From: a virus
Taxonomy: Duplodnaviria > Heunggongvirae > Uroviricota > Caudoviricetes
Strand: one strand, 5' to 3'
IMG/VR virus record: IMGVR_UViG_3300046524_000235
DNA: 64,000 nt
Part shown: in pieces, positions 18,575 to 27,416 of the stretch
Position numbering within the stretch: the first letter of the stretch is position 1
Layout: every line of letters begins with the position of its first letter
Position numbers and translations under genes: made by a program
Notes under the pieces: model-generated
Told to the model about the DNA's origin: nothing
Database searches by the model: none
Seen by the model: the letters and a program-made list of their open reading frames with translations, nothing else

Positions 18575-19011
18575 AGCGCGTATTTGATAACGTCAGCGAT
18601 TTGAGAGAAGGTGAGACCGGAGTCGTTCAGAGTTGCCAGAGTGAAGTAGTCGTATTGATTTATAGGATCATCTCCTTCTACCCAGCTCTTAGCCGGAACC
18701 ACTGCTGGGTTCTCACCTTCGATGCCTGCCCAATCTTGGACTTTCTTATCAAGAGTCTTACCATTACCCTCGAAACGGAAAAGCGGTTTGTTGAGCAATT
18801 CCGTTGGGTAATAGTCTTCGTCATCGACAATTTCATCAAGTGGCTTAACAGTGTGCGGTTCCCACTTGGCACCTTGATTCTCCTGGATATACAGATCCGT
18901 GAGAACTCCAAGGCAGCACATGCCTTCACCGGTATTAAGACACTTCGTGGCTTGTTTATACTTACCACTTTCCAGTGCCCACACCCACTTTTCTTTGACT
19001 TGTTCGTTCAC
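18571..19011 (-). CDS. CCLGVL-family paralog P4
   Basis: KWVWALESGKYKQ, CCLGVLTD, WAGI, LNDSGLTFSQIADVIKYAL. Confidence 0.6.
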   Translation of the reverse strand: MNEQVKEKWVWALESGKYKQATKCLNTGEGMCCLGVLTDLYIQENQGAKWEPHTVKPLDEIVDDEDYYPTELLNKPLFRFEGNGKTLDKKVQDWAGIEGENPAVVPAKSWVEGDDPINQYDYFTLATLNDSGLTFSQIADVIKYAL

Positions 19012-19391
19012 AGTTGAGCCTCGATGATGTCAGCGATTTGGTTGAAGTCGAACGACAAATCATCGTTCAAGTCCATCAAGTTGGAATTACGAGACCTAAT
19101 ATCGGCCTCTTCGTCGGAAAGAATAACCGGAGCATCCCCATGATTCGCAAGAATACCGGCCCATGCTCCAACTTCGCTAGGAAGAGACGTGTATTCTCTG
19201 TCAAACCTGTACCGTCCCAACTTAGCATCGAACTCCCATTTGAACTCTGGAAACTCTTTGGAGTAAACATCACACAGAACACCGAGGCAGCAGAAGCCTT
19301 GATTATCCTTGAGTGAGTATTGGGTCTGCTTATACTCCCCGCTTCGAAGCGCAGTAAGCCACTTGGCTTTAACTTCTTGATTCATCTTCAT
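19008..19391 (-). CDS. CCLGVL-family paralog P3
   Basis: KWLTALRSGEYKQ, CCLGVLCD, WAGI, LNDDLSFDFNQIADIIEAQL. Confidence 0.6.
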   Translation of the reverse strand: MKMNQEVKAKWLTALRSGEYKQTQYSLKDNQGFCCLGVLCDVYSKEFPEFKWEFDAKLGRYRFDREYTSLPSEVGAWAGILANHGDAPVILSDEEADIRSRNSNLMDLNDDLSFDFNQIADIIEAQL

Positions 19392-19786
19392 TACAGAAAC
19401 GCCTTGATAAGATCTGCGATTTCAGGAAAGGTAATGCCTTCGTCGTTCAGAGCTGCAATACTTGTGCTGATGTCGGCTTCCGGAATAGGTTCAGGATCTT
19501 TCCCTATAAAATTTGCACGTTCAGCGAACGGAAGATACGGAACATTTGTGTCAATACCGGACCATGCCTGAACATCTAGAGGGGTTAGGTAAACCTCTCC
19601 ATCGAAACCAGGCTTGCCTTCATCTTCAATGAATTCCCACTCCAGGCCATGTTCTTTTGCGTAAATATCTGTCAGAACTCCTAGGCAACAAAAGCCGCCC
19701 TGGCCATTGTTCAAACAGCTCTTACCTTGGCTATATTCGCCGCTAGTAAGAGCTTCAACCCATTTCTGTTTGATTAGTTCATTCAT
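19391..19786 (-). CDS. CCLGVL-family paralog P2
   Basis: KWVEALTSGEYSQ, CCLGVLTD, WSGI, LNDEGITFPEIADLIKAFL. Confidence 0.6.
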   Translation of the reverse strand: MNELIKQKWVEALTSGEYSQGKSCLNNGQGGFCCLGVLTDIYAKEHGLEWEFIEDEGKPGFDGEVYLTPLDVQAWSGIDTNVPYLPFAERANFIGKDPEPIPEADISTSIAALNDEGITFPEIADLIKAFL

Positions 19787-20229
19787 TACAGAAACGCCTT
19801 GATAAGATCTGCGATTTGAGGAAAAGAAATACCAGCGTCATTTGCGCCAGCTACGCTTTCGTGGTATTCGGACATTTTGTCTTCATCAATCTCAATGTCT
19901 TCGCTATTGTGATCTTCGTCACGAGGAATAAAAGGAAGAAGAGGAATCGGTTCTTTCAAACCAGCCCAGTCTCTTACTATGGAGGTAAGTACTCCAGCTT
20001 CATCCCATTCATTAGGATTCCCACCAGGAGCATCCAGTGCATACCGCGTAACACCTGCCTTAACTCCGTAATCGCTCAGTTTCCACTTGCCACCATTTTC
20101 CTTGATGTACAGATCCGTGAGAACACCGAGACAGCACATTCCTTGGCCATCGTTAAGACAACCTTTAGTCTGTAAATATTCCCCGCTGTTCAAAGCTTCA
20201 ATCCATTCCTGCTTAATTTGTTCGTTCAT
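19786..20229 (-). CDS. CCLGVL-family paralog P1 (start at internal Met MNEQIK)
   Basis: EWIEALNSGEYLQ, CCLGVLTD, WAGL, ANDAGISFPQIADLIKAFL. The track ORF runs to 20334, but all paralogs begin MNExxK. Confidence 0.55.
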   Translation of the reverse strand: MNEQIKQEWIEALNSGEYLQTKGCLNDGQGMCCLGVLTDLYIKENGGKWKLSDYGVKAGVTRYALDAPGGNPNEWDEAGVLTSIVRDWAGLKEPIPLLPFIPRDEDHNSEDIEIDEDKMSEYHESVAGANDAGISFPQIADLIKAFL

Positions 20230-20375
20230 GGTCTTGATCCGGTATAGGTTATTATTACAATACAGGCTAACGCAATTGCGACGCCCAGTGTCCAAACTGA
20301 TGCCTTTAGAGCGGCCTTCATTTTGAGAAGCCAAAAAAGAGAGTGTAGAATTAAAGAGCTACTTCTTATACAACT

Positions 20376-20390
20376 CTCTTATACCAAAAT
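20376..20390 (-). promoter_or_regulatory. promoter-like motif (TTGGTATAAGAG in minus sense) upstream of the paralog array
   Basis: Plus-strand caactctcttataccaaaatt. Nearly identical to the copy at 6648..6668. Confidence 0.45.
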
Positions 20391-20402
20391 TGAGGACTAT
20401 AA

Positions 20403-21020
20403 TTAGTCGTCGTGCTTGCCGTCGTAATGACCTTTCCAGTACCCTTTATTCAATTCTCCGTTTATTGCCTTAACAAGAGTTTGAGCGGGAGCTTCTCTCA
20501 GAGCAAGCATCATTGCGAAGTTAGCAATATCGGTAGGGTCACCCTTGTACAAGTGTTCAACCAACATATCTGCAAGTTTATCAACACTGCACCTTTCAGG
20601 ATTGTCCCAACCGCCACGACCTTTCTCCCGAGCTTTAGCGAGCTTCGCTTTCATCATTGCTGCAAACTTATCCACAGCAACGTCGTCGGGATGAGGTTCT
20701 TCAACGGGTTGTTTGAAGCCCTGAAACATCTTCCTCAACTCTTCCATTCCCGCTTCAACTTGTCGAGCAGCTTCTGCAAAGGCCTCATACTGAGCAAATT
20801 GAACCGGAGACTTTTCATGTCCCAGAGCTTCAAGCATCATCTTCAGATCTTGCAAAGCAATTTCTCTATTCTTGTGCTGAGACCTGTGCGTATCACATGT
20901 AGCAGAAGCTCCTGTCGGGATATGAGTTGCACGAACCCCTACCCCCATAGAGGAGCCTACCCACGTTCTAGGCTCCGTATAAAACACATCTAACTTAATG
21001 TCTTTTGGATCAAGTTCCAT
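20403..21020 (-). CDS. release-factor (RF-1/GGQ-domain) homologue lacking the GGQ motif
   Basis: VRATHIPTGASATCDTHRSQHKNREIAL aligns to RF1 [28 protein letters not shown]. The position of SGAGGQHVN is occupied by PRTWVGSSMGVG, so there is no GGQ. Confidence 0.6.
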   Translation of the reverse strand: MELDPKDIKLDVFYTEPRTWVGSSMGVGVRATHIPTGASATCDTHRSQHKNREIALQDLKMMLEALGHEKSPVQFAQYEAFAEAARQVEAGMEELRKMFQGFKQPVEEPHPDDVAVDKFAAMMKAKLAKAREKGRGGWDNPERCSVDKLADMLVEHLYKGDPTDIANFAMMLALREAPAQTLVKAINGELNKGYWKGHYDGKHDD

Positions 21021-21273
21021 TTTTAGTATCTCTCATTGCATAGGCGAAGTCACCAAGGCTTGAGGCTTCTTCTGCCATTTGTTTAAGTTCTTTGATTCTT
21101 TCGGCCAGCGTAATCACTGCCTGAGCCGATGTGCTGATTACACCTTCAGCTTTGTACTTCTCCGCCAGCGCCAGAGCTTCGTTGATTGTCATTGTTGACA
21201 TTCTCCGTTTCGTCTTTGTAAAGATGAGCCTCACAGAACATGAAAGCTCGTCCCAGTTTGTCCACATGCACAA
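21010..21273 (-). CDS. hypothetical protein (87 aa)
   Basis: Intact ORF. Confidence 0.35.
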   Translation of the reverse strand: MCMWTNWDELSCSVRLIFTKTKRRMSTMTINEALALAEKYKAEGVISTSAQAVITLAERIKELKQMAEEASSLGDFAYAMRDTKNGT

Positions 21274-21586
21274 GCGAGCCGCTAAATTGACTCAGCTTAG
21301 TCGGTGACTTGGACCTACACCCGTCGCATTGATTGATCATTTTAGGTAAAGCACGATAGAGACGAAAGAAAATACAAAGAATCCTCCTGCAAAGAAAAGT
21401 TCGAATACAGTTGAGACTTTTCTTCCAGTAGGAAGATTTGTTTCTCGAATAGTAAGCACACCGAGAAGTAAACTGAGAATACAAAGAGTAATGTCGAGAA
21501 TAATATGAAACATAGATATACAAAAAGAAAAGTTAGGGGATACAGCACCAGGACCAGCCTAAGCCAGTCCCGGTGCGGTTCAGTTG

Positions 21587-21799
21587 TTACGCCGAACGTC
21601 GCGGATGATCCGGACCAGGCTTGATTTTGAACGGCATCAGAGCCGTTGCTTTACCGATGTTGTTGCCATTTTCAGCGAGTGCTTTCTGAAGATCGAAACC
21701 AGCGTCTTTGTTAAGCTGGTCACGGACCTTCTTCAGTTCTTGCTTGTTGTCGTGCGAGTGCTCGCCGTTCGTGCCACGGATGATCCAAACTTTCTTCAT
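21587..21799 (-). CDS. hypothetical protein (70 aa)
   Basis: Intact ORF. Confidence 0.4.
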   Translation of the reverse strand: MKKVWIIRGTNGEHSHDNKQELKKVRDQLNKDAGFDLQKALAENGNNIGKATALMPFKIKPGPDHPRRSA

Positions 21800-21859
21800 T
21801 TACAACTCCAGTATGGTTATTTTGTGAGAAGCCTAGAACTAGTCTAGGCACATGAATAC

Positions 21860-22252
21860 TTACTTGTTCATCTTGTAAGCGATGACAACCCGCTCGTTGC
21901 CCTTGCCCGTCACAACCGTGCGATTCTTCTTGCCGTTGCACGAGTTGAACGGGAAGTTGCCCGTCGAAGCCTTGTTGTCATGCTGCCAGCTGACACGGCT
22001 GGACTTGTTTTCCAGGTTACGACGCATCGCACCGTTCGCACGGTCCTTGGCAGTCTTGCCGACACGGGCACGCGGGTGATTCTCCGGGCCGATTTCCATG
22101 CCCTTCCAGAGAATCGTGACCTTCTCGCCACGGGTGATGGTGGTCTTGTGACCGTCCTTCACGACGATTTCCTTCGGACCTGCGTTCTTGAACTCCGGCT
22201 TCTTGCCGTTGAACTTTTGTTGGCGATTGTCAGCCATTTTATTACTCTCCAT
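21860..22252 (-). CDS. basic hypothetical protein (130 aa)
   Basis: Lys/Arg/Asn-rich. Promoter-like motif upstream. Confidence 0.4.
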   Translation of the reverse strand: MESNKMADNRQQKFNGKKPEFKNAGPKEIVVKDGHKTTITRGEKVTILWKGMEIGPENHPRARVGKTAKDRANGAMRRNLENKSSRVSWQHDNKASTGNFPFNSCNGKKNRTVVTGKGNERVVIAYKMNK

Positions 22253-22408
22253 TTCTTGGTTTAAAACTTCATCGAGTTTTGATAAGGAAAAAACAAACTA
22301 CTACTACAGTTGACCCACTACTTGTGTGTACTCCGAGTAGTGAGCCGTAAAGAAATGATTATGTGTTCCGTAATATACTTATACCAAGCCATATCACGAA
22401 ACTTGAAA

Positions 22409-23248
22409 TCAGTTTGCTTTGAACTGAAACTGGGTGCTTGCACCGGAACCGAGTTGATAGACCGGAAGTTTACCGTCCCATTTCTCGATCCACATCTGTT
22501 GCAGGATTTCCGGATTCTTGGCTAGTGCTTGACCACGAATAACCGTAGCCTGAGCATCGTTTGCTGCGATCTTCAGATCAGCATCCGAGTTTGCAATACG
22601 CTTTGCAGCTTCAGCCTGCGTCTTCTGCAGTTGGTTTTGCGAAGTGATTGCATCCATCTTTGCTTGTTGCTGTGCATTGATAGAAGCCTGGATTGCTTCC
22701 GGCCAATGGAAGGCACCGACGTTCGAAAGAAGCTCTACCGTCAGGCCATTAGGTGCTGCACGCTTGATAAGTTCAGCGTTGACCTTCGACATGAACGCGG
22801 GAATGTCATTGCTGATTTCATCGAACGTCAGATTGCCAGCAACTTCATTCAGGCTGTCACGAATCAGGTTACGAAGCGGACCCATCGTAATGCCATCAAG
22901 GTCTTTGTGATACTTCTGGAAGACGAGCGGAGCATTGTCTGCCGATATGTGGTACGAAATGCCGAAGTCAGCGTTGATGGCTACGCCGCCCTTTGCTTGA
23001 AACGTTACCGATTCATCGCTCGGATGACCTTCTTCCGGAGCCTTGCTGTACACGTAGTTTTCCGTGAACGTCGGATACTCGTACACAGTCGTGTTCCAGC
23101 CAGTAAAGTAACGGCCAGGGCCAAGAACCTTGGTTTGTACGCCACGGTCGCTGCCGTACATGTCTACCTGAACACCTACGAAGCCCGTTTCGACTTTGCT
23201 ACAAGCAGCGAGAAGCAGGGCTGCGATGATGAGGAAAATACGCTTCAT
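22409..23248 (-). CDS. SPFH/band-7 (prohibitin/HflK-like) lipoprotein
   Basis: MKRIFLIIAALLLAAC|S lipobox, then an SPFH-like domain and a Gln/Ala-rich coiled-coil. Start moved from 23314 to the MKRIF Met. Confidence 0.55.
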   Translation of the reverse strand: MKRIFLIIAALLLAACSKVETGFVGVQVDMYGSDRGVQTKVLGPGRYFTGWNTTVYEYPTFTENYVYSKAPEEGHPSDESVTFQAKGGVAINADFGISYHISADNAPLVFQKYHKDLDGITMGPLRNLIRDSLNEVAGNLTFDEISNDIPAFMSKVNAELIKRAAPNGLTVELLSNVGAFHWPEAIQASINAQQQAKMDAITSQNQLQKTQAEAAKRIANSDADLKIAANDAQATVIRGQALAKNPEILQQMWIEKWDGKLPVYQLGSGASTQFQFKAN

Positions 23249-23442
23249 TTCTTGGTTTTGCCTTTGAGAAAAAAGTGCCACACACAGAATGCTGTGAGTG
23301 GAATTGTGAGCCACAGGAGCGGGACGAGTACAATCAGATCTCCGCCATCATTCACTAACGACTTCGTTAGCGGCAACAGCAGAACCAGAAAGTACAGCGT
23401 CGCCAGAATCCCGTAAGAGACGAGAATGAGTTTCTTGTACAC
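23245..23442 (-). CDS. small membrane protein (65 aa)
   Basis: Two TM helices. Confidence 0.35.
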   Translation of the reverse strand: MYKKLILVSYGILATLYFLVLLLPLTKSLVNDGGDLIVLVPLLWLTIPLTAFCVWHFFLKGKTKK

Positions 23443-23443
23443 T

Positions 23444-23836
23444 TTAGAATCGTGGAAGGAAGTCGTACTTGAAAATCAATCCATCAATGACGCCGATGAT
23501 ATACTTTTTGTGCTTCAGTTTATCTTTTGGATATCCAAAATTGTATAGGATTTCATCGCAGTCCTCTTCAGACATTCCGAAAATTTCCACAGCGGCTTGA
23601 GTAAGATTATCACCGTGACTCTTCAGATCAGCATCACCGTTGTGGTCTTCAATCCAAATCGCTTCTCCAGCAAGGAAAGGATCGGTAGCAATCCATCCTG
23701 CCGCACACATCACACATTCAGTGAAATCCGCGGAATTCCACTTCGAAACAAAATCACCCAAGTAGATGTTTTCTTTCGGGATGTTCTTCAGCATACGACG
23801 AAGATGCTTCAATTTCTTAACGGTATTATTAGCCAT
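23444..23836 (-). CDS. hypothetical protein (130 aa)
   Basis: Intact ORF. Confidence 0.45.
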   Translation of the reverse strand: MANNTVKKLKHLRRMLKNIPKENIYLGDFVSKWNSADFTECVMCAAGWIATDPFLAGEAIWIEDHNGDADLKSHGDNLTQAAVEIFGMSEEDCDEILYNFGYPKDKLKHKKYIIGVIDGLIFKYDFLPRF

Positions 23837-23885
23837 TATTTCTCCTTGAAGAAGACCGAGATTTCTCCCGGCCCTCAGTTACGCT

Positions 23886-26030
23886 TTATGCAAAGAACGC
23901 CTTGACTGCACGACCCAGACGAATCCAGAAACCATCATCGCTGGAATAGCGAGCAGGTTCGATGAACTCAAACTCTTCTTCGTGATGTGCAGCGATTGCG
24001 CTGAACGACATGTCCGTGTTGCTGGTGCCCAGTTGGAACACAGCTTCTTGGAATGCCTCACCCTTTTCCAGCACCAACGTGAAGTCACTGTACTGAGCCG
24101 TACGGCCATCGCGCAGAGCCAGAGCATGTGCATTGCGGCACACGTTCTTGATCTGACGACCGTTCACTTCGTAGCTCGACAGATCCCAAATTTCGTCTTC
24201 CGTGAGGACTACGTCATTCAGGTTCAGGTTGTTTTCCCAGATCTTGTAACGATCACTTGCTTCGAGGCCAGGGAAGTTGATGGCCATGCTGATCCGCGAA
24301 TAGAACGCCTTGTCGATGTTCTTCGCACGGTTCGAGGTGAGGAACAGAACACCTTGGTAGTATTCCAGCAGACGCAGGAACACACCGACCATAGCGTTAC
24401 GTTGGATATTGCTATCCGTACGTGCTTCCATGAAGATGTCACATTCGTCAAGCAGCAGCACTGCGTTCCAGGTCGAAGCCACGTCCAGGATTTCACGCAG
24501 ATTGCCTTCCAACTCTTCTGCGGACGTTCCCAGTTCACCGACACCAACCATGTACAGCGGACGCTTCAGGTACTCTGCCGTAACTTCTGCAGTCAACGTC
24601 TTGCCCGTACCCGGCTCACCAGCCAGCAAGAAAATACAGCCGCCGCCCTTACCATCGATGATGTCCGGACGAGTGCTCTTCTCAAGCTGTGTTGCTACCA
24701 GTGAGAGAATCATGTTCTTCTGTGCTTCTTCCATCACTAGCTTGTCGTATGCATCGCTGCGGTACGCAATCTCGCTGATGTTTTCCACCAGCATTTCACC
24801 CCAGACTTTCGACAGGAACGAAAAGCCATAGACATACGGCGAGAATTGGAGATAGACTGATTCGTCGATGCTGACCGATTCCGACTTAGGCTTGTAACCA
24901 TAGCCTTGCTGATCCTGCGTACCGCCGAAGTACTTGTTATAGTTCGGATCCATTACCCGCATCGCTGTGAAGTCAACCATCACACGACCAGTCGAACGGA
25001 AGGCGGTGTCGCTCCAGTAACCACGGCGAATAAGATCACCCTTGTAAGCCATGTACGACGACTTCGACGTAAATTCGACTGCCTTCTTGCCACGAGCGAT
25101 GAGCGACTGCTTCAGCTCTTCGTTGTTCTTGATAGGCGTGAGGCCGAGTTCATTGAGCGACTTCTTACCTTCGAAGCCACCGAAGTAATACGAGTGACGG
25201 AACTTCTGAATCTCAGCACCGTTACGAGCGTACATGTGACCTGTTGCTTCGAGATACGGGCCAGCCATGCTCATGCGTTGATTTGCCGTGAAGGTACTGA
25301 TACCGAGCGATGTGCTGCCGTCATTCAATGCAAACTGGATGCCAGCTTGCGAAAGAAGAACCGAAAGTTCGTCGTACGAGAACTGGTCTTCAGCCTTCAG
25401 ATTGTCGATGTTCCCGAGCGTGCTTGCGTAGAACTCGTCAACTTCTGCAACAACACGGCTGACTTCCGCATGAACCCGGTTAGCCATGTCTTGATCGTCA
25501 TCGTACATGTACGCAACGTCGCTAAGATAACTCTCAATGGATCCTTTGCAACGGAAGATCTGCAGGCCAGAGATAAGTACCTGGGCACGGGCCATGTTGA
25601 ACGGACCTTCATTACCAATGTAGTTGAATTCATTGATGTGAAGGTTATACGATACGTCACGAATGGCATCGCCGTATTCTTGCAGGCTCTGACGGATGTC
25701 ATGCGGAATGTACACACTGATCTTGCCTGCACGTCCCTTGAACACTTCTGCAGGAGGACGCTTGCTGATTTCGACTTCAGCATTTGCTTGTTCTTGCTTC
25801 GCAGCTTCGACAAACGGGTCCTTCTGCTTCGTGATACCAAGAGTTTCAAGAGCCGCCTTGATCGATTCCGAAATCAGGGCTGCTTGAGTTGCTTCGGACG
25901 TGGTGGGGGCCGCAACTGCAGCTGCATTCGATTCCACGGCTTGAGTTTGGATTTCGCTCACGTTAATTTCCTTCGTTTCCATATCGATTATGCCTTGCGG
26001 CTTGGGTTGGCTAAACAAATTGACAAGCAA
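23886..26030 (-). CDS. AAA+ ATPase with large N-terminal domain (714 aa)
   Basis: Walker A (LLAGEPGTGKT), Walker B (LLLDECDIF), sensor (TSNRAKNIDKAFYSRI). Confidence 0.6.
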   Translation of the reverse strand: MLVNLFSQPKPQGIIDMETKEINVSEIQTQAVESNAAAVAAPTTSEATQAALISESIKAALETLGITKQKDPFVEAAKQEQANAEVEISKRPPAEVFKGRAGKISVYIPHDIRQSLQEYGDAIRDVSYNLHINEFNYIGNEGPFNMARAQVLISGLQIFRCKGSIESYLSDVAYMYDDDQDMANRVHAEVSRVVAEVDEFYASTLGNIDNLKAEDQFSYDELSVLLSQAGIQFALNDGSTSLGISTFTANQRMSMAGPYLEATGHMYARNGAEIQKFRHSYYFGGFEGKKSLNELGLTPIKNNEELKQSLIARGKKAVEFTSKSSYMAYKGDLIRRGYWSDTAFRSTGRVMVDFTAMRVMDPNYNKYFGGTQDQQGYGYKPKSESVSIDESVYLQFSPYVYGFSFLSKVWGEMLVENISEIAYRSDAYDKLVMEEAQKNMILSLVATQLEKSTRPDIIDGKGGGCIFLLAGEPGTGKTLTAEVTAEYLKRPLYMVGVGELGTSAEELEGNLREILDVASTWNAVLLLDECDIFMEARTDSNIQRNAMVGVFLRLLEYYQGVLFLTSNRAKNIDKAFYSRISMAINFPGLEASDRYKIWENNLNLNDVVLTEDEIWDLSSYEVNGRQIKNVCRNAHALALRDGRTAQYSDFTLVLEKGEAFQEAVFQLGTSNTDMSFSAIAAHHEEEFEFIEPARYSSDDGFWIRLGRAVKAFFA

Positions 26031-26081
26031 TAAAAAAGGACCTCGATATTAGCTGAGGTCCTGCGAAAAGCATGTGCTGCG

Positions 26082-26155
26082 TGGGCCATTCTGGACTTGA
26101 ACCAGAGACCGGACGATTATGAGTCGTCTGCTCTAACCAACTGAGCTAATGGCCC
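26082..26155 (-). tRNA. tRNA-Met or Ile2 (anticodon CAT)
   Basis: Cloverleaf: GGGCCAT/ATGGCCC acceptor, GCTC-AGTTGGTTA-GAGC, anticodon loop CTCATAA, T arm TCTGG-TTCAAGT-CCAGA. Confidence 0.75.
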
Positions 26156-26172
26156 ACATAGCACACGCCAAC

Positions 26173-26243
26173 TAAAACAAGGGGGACTCGAACCCCCAGC
26201 GTCACAAGAGTTTGTGCTGCTCTACCGATTGAGCTATTGTTTT
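26173..26243 (-). tRNA. tRNA-like element / probable pseudo-tRNA (anticodon not assignable)
   Basis: All-A·U acceptor AAAACAA/TTGTTTT, good D arm and GGGGG-TTCGAGT-CCCCC T arm. The only clean anticodon stem (CACAA/TTGTG) encloses a 4-nt loop. Confidence 0.35.
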
Positions 26244-26264
26244 AAAAAGATATTCTCTTTTACA

Positions 26265-26280
26265 ATTCTCTTATACCACG
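26265..26280 (-). promoter_or_regulatory. promoter-like motif upstream of the tRNA pair
   Basis: Plus-strand attctcttataccacg. Confidence 0.4.
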
Positions 26281-26290
26281 GTCAGGTACA

Positions 26291-26533
26291 TTAATTGATT
26301 AACGCTTCGCCGTCAACAATCGTCAACGTACCTTTAACAACGCATGCCGCTTTGGTATGTACGTTATCGGGAGTCTCTTTTGTTGTAAAGCCAATACCCG
26401 GCGAGATATGTATGTGAGTGACGTACTCCGTCTTACCGTTAACTTTGATGACCCAAGGAGGAATCGATTGATCCAGATTGTGCGCTTTGTTAAAGTGAAA
26501 GACAATTTTATCCTTTTTCATGCTGCCCTCCAC
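26291..26533 (-). CDS. hypothetical protein (80 aa)
   Basis: Intact ORF. Confidence 0.35.
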   Translation of the reverse strand: MEGSMKKDKIVFHFNKAHNLDQSIPPWVIKVNGKTEYVTHIHISPGIGFTTKETPDNVHTKAACVVKGTLTIVDGEALIN

Positions 26534-26832
26534 AGACGCATATTGCTAAACAACTTTCGTTGTTCGTCAGTGACGGGTGCAGTGGTGATAGACGTGTAAC
26601 CCATGTCATCGTCTGGTTCGAAGAAGTCATAGAATTGAATGTTATTTGCCCAGATTTTATCTCTGAGTTTCATAAGCTCTTCTTTGTTCTTAACTTCGAG
26701 CAGAATGAGTGACGGAATTTTTCCGTTAAGGGGGTTTGACTCGTTTCCAGCATGAAAAGCTGAATGAGCAGTCTGAACGATTTGATCAGCGAGGGGAATA
26801 TCTTTGCGAATGATTGAATAGATGTAAGACAT
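26518..26832 (-). CDS. hypothetical protein (104 aa)
   Basis: Intact ORF. Confidence 0.4.
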   Translation of the reverse strand: MSYIYSIIRKDIPLADQIVQTAHSAFHAGNESNPLNGKIPSLILLEVKNKEELMKLRDKIWANNIQFYDFFEPDDDMGYTSITTAPVTDEQRKLFSNMRLWRAA

Positions 26833-26948
26833 GATTTTCTCTTTAAATGAATTAGGTACTGCAATTTACTGCGCCAAATTTCAATTCAAAGAGTGTCTTA
26901 CGGAGGTTTTGTAACCTAGAGCTTATTAAGCTTCATGATGTTTCCTTT

Positions 26949-27266
26949 TTAAGATGCTACACGATTAATGGGTGGCAGTGCATTTAACAAAGCCTTAGAC
27001 AAAGCATCAGCTTCTTCTTTAAAGCCTTGTTTAAGGATACTAGTATGTAGTTCCCACATTGCTTTCCGTTCTTCGTTAGAAATATTGGAATCTAATTTCC
27101 AACCTTCTGGCCAAAGAGGCCAAGCCGCGCAAGGCCCTTTATGACCTCTATCCGCACGACAACTCCAACCTGCAGGAGGAAGATCACATTTGCTCATATT
27201 AATTCTTTGTGGAAAGGACATATCGAACCTTAGCCAGTTTAAAAGCGTCGATGTATCTAGATTCAC
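26949..27266 (-). CDS. hypothetical protein (105 aa)
   Basis: Intact ORF. Confidence 0.35.
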   Translation of the reverse strand: MNLDTSTLLNWLRFDMSFPQRINMSKCDLPPAGWSCRADRGHKGPCAAWPLWPEGWKLDSNISNEERKAMWELHTSILKQGFKEEADALSKALLNALPPINRVAS

Positions 27267-27393
27267 CCCTGAGAGTATCCCAGACTAAGACTTCTTCTTC
27301 ACGCTGGTATTCTTCACACTCTATTACAACGAGTTTACCGAGACTGCCATCTGCAGGCTCATAAACCTGACCAAGTTCAATGCCATACTTCAT
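27199..27393 (-). CDS. hypothetical small protein (start at MKYGIEL)
   Basis: The track ORF's N-terminal 24 aa are the reverse complement of the tRNA, so the start is trimmed. Confidence 0.3.
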   Translation of the reverse strand: MKYGIELGQVYEPADGSLGKLVVIECEEYQREEEVLVWDTLRGESRYIDAFKLAKVRYVLSTKN

Positions 27394-27416
27394 GATGAAC
27401 CTTGTGGTGAAAACGA

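Noticed and set aside
20229-20334. 35-aa N-terminal extension of paralog P1
   Set aside because: All seven other paralogs start at MNExxK. The extension is Arg/Ser-rich with no counterpart in the other copies and would overlap the promoter-like motif's leader.
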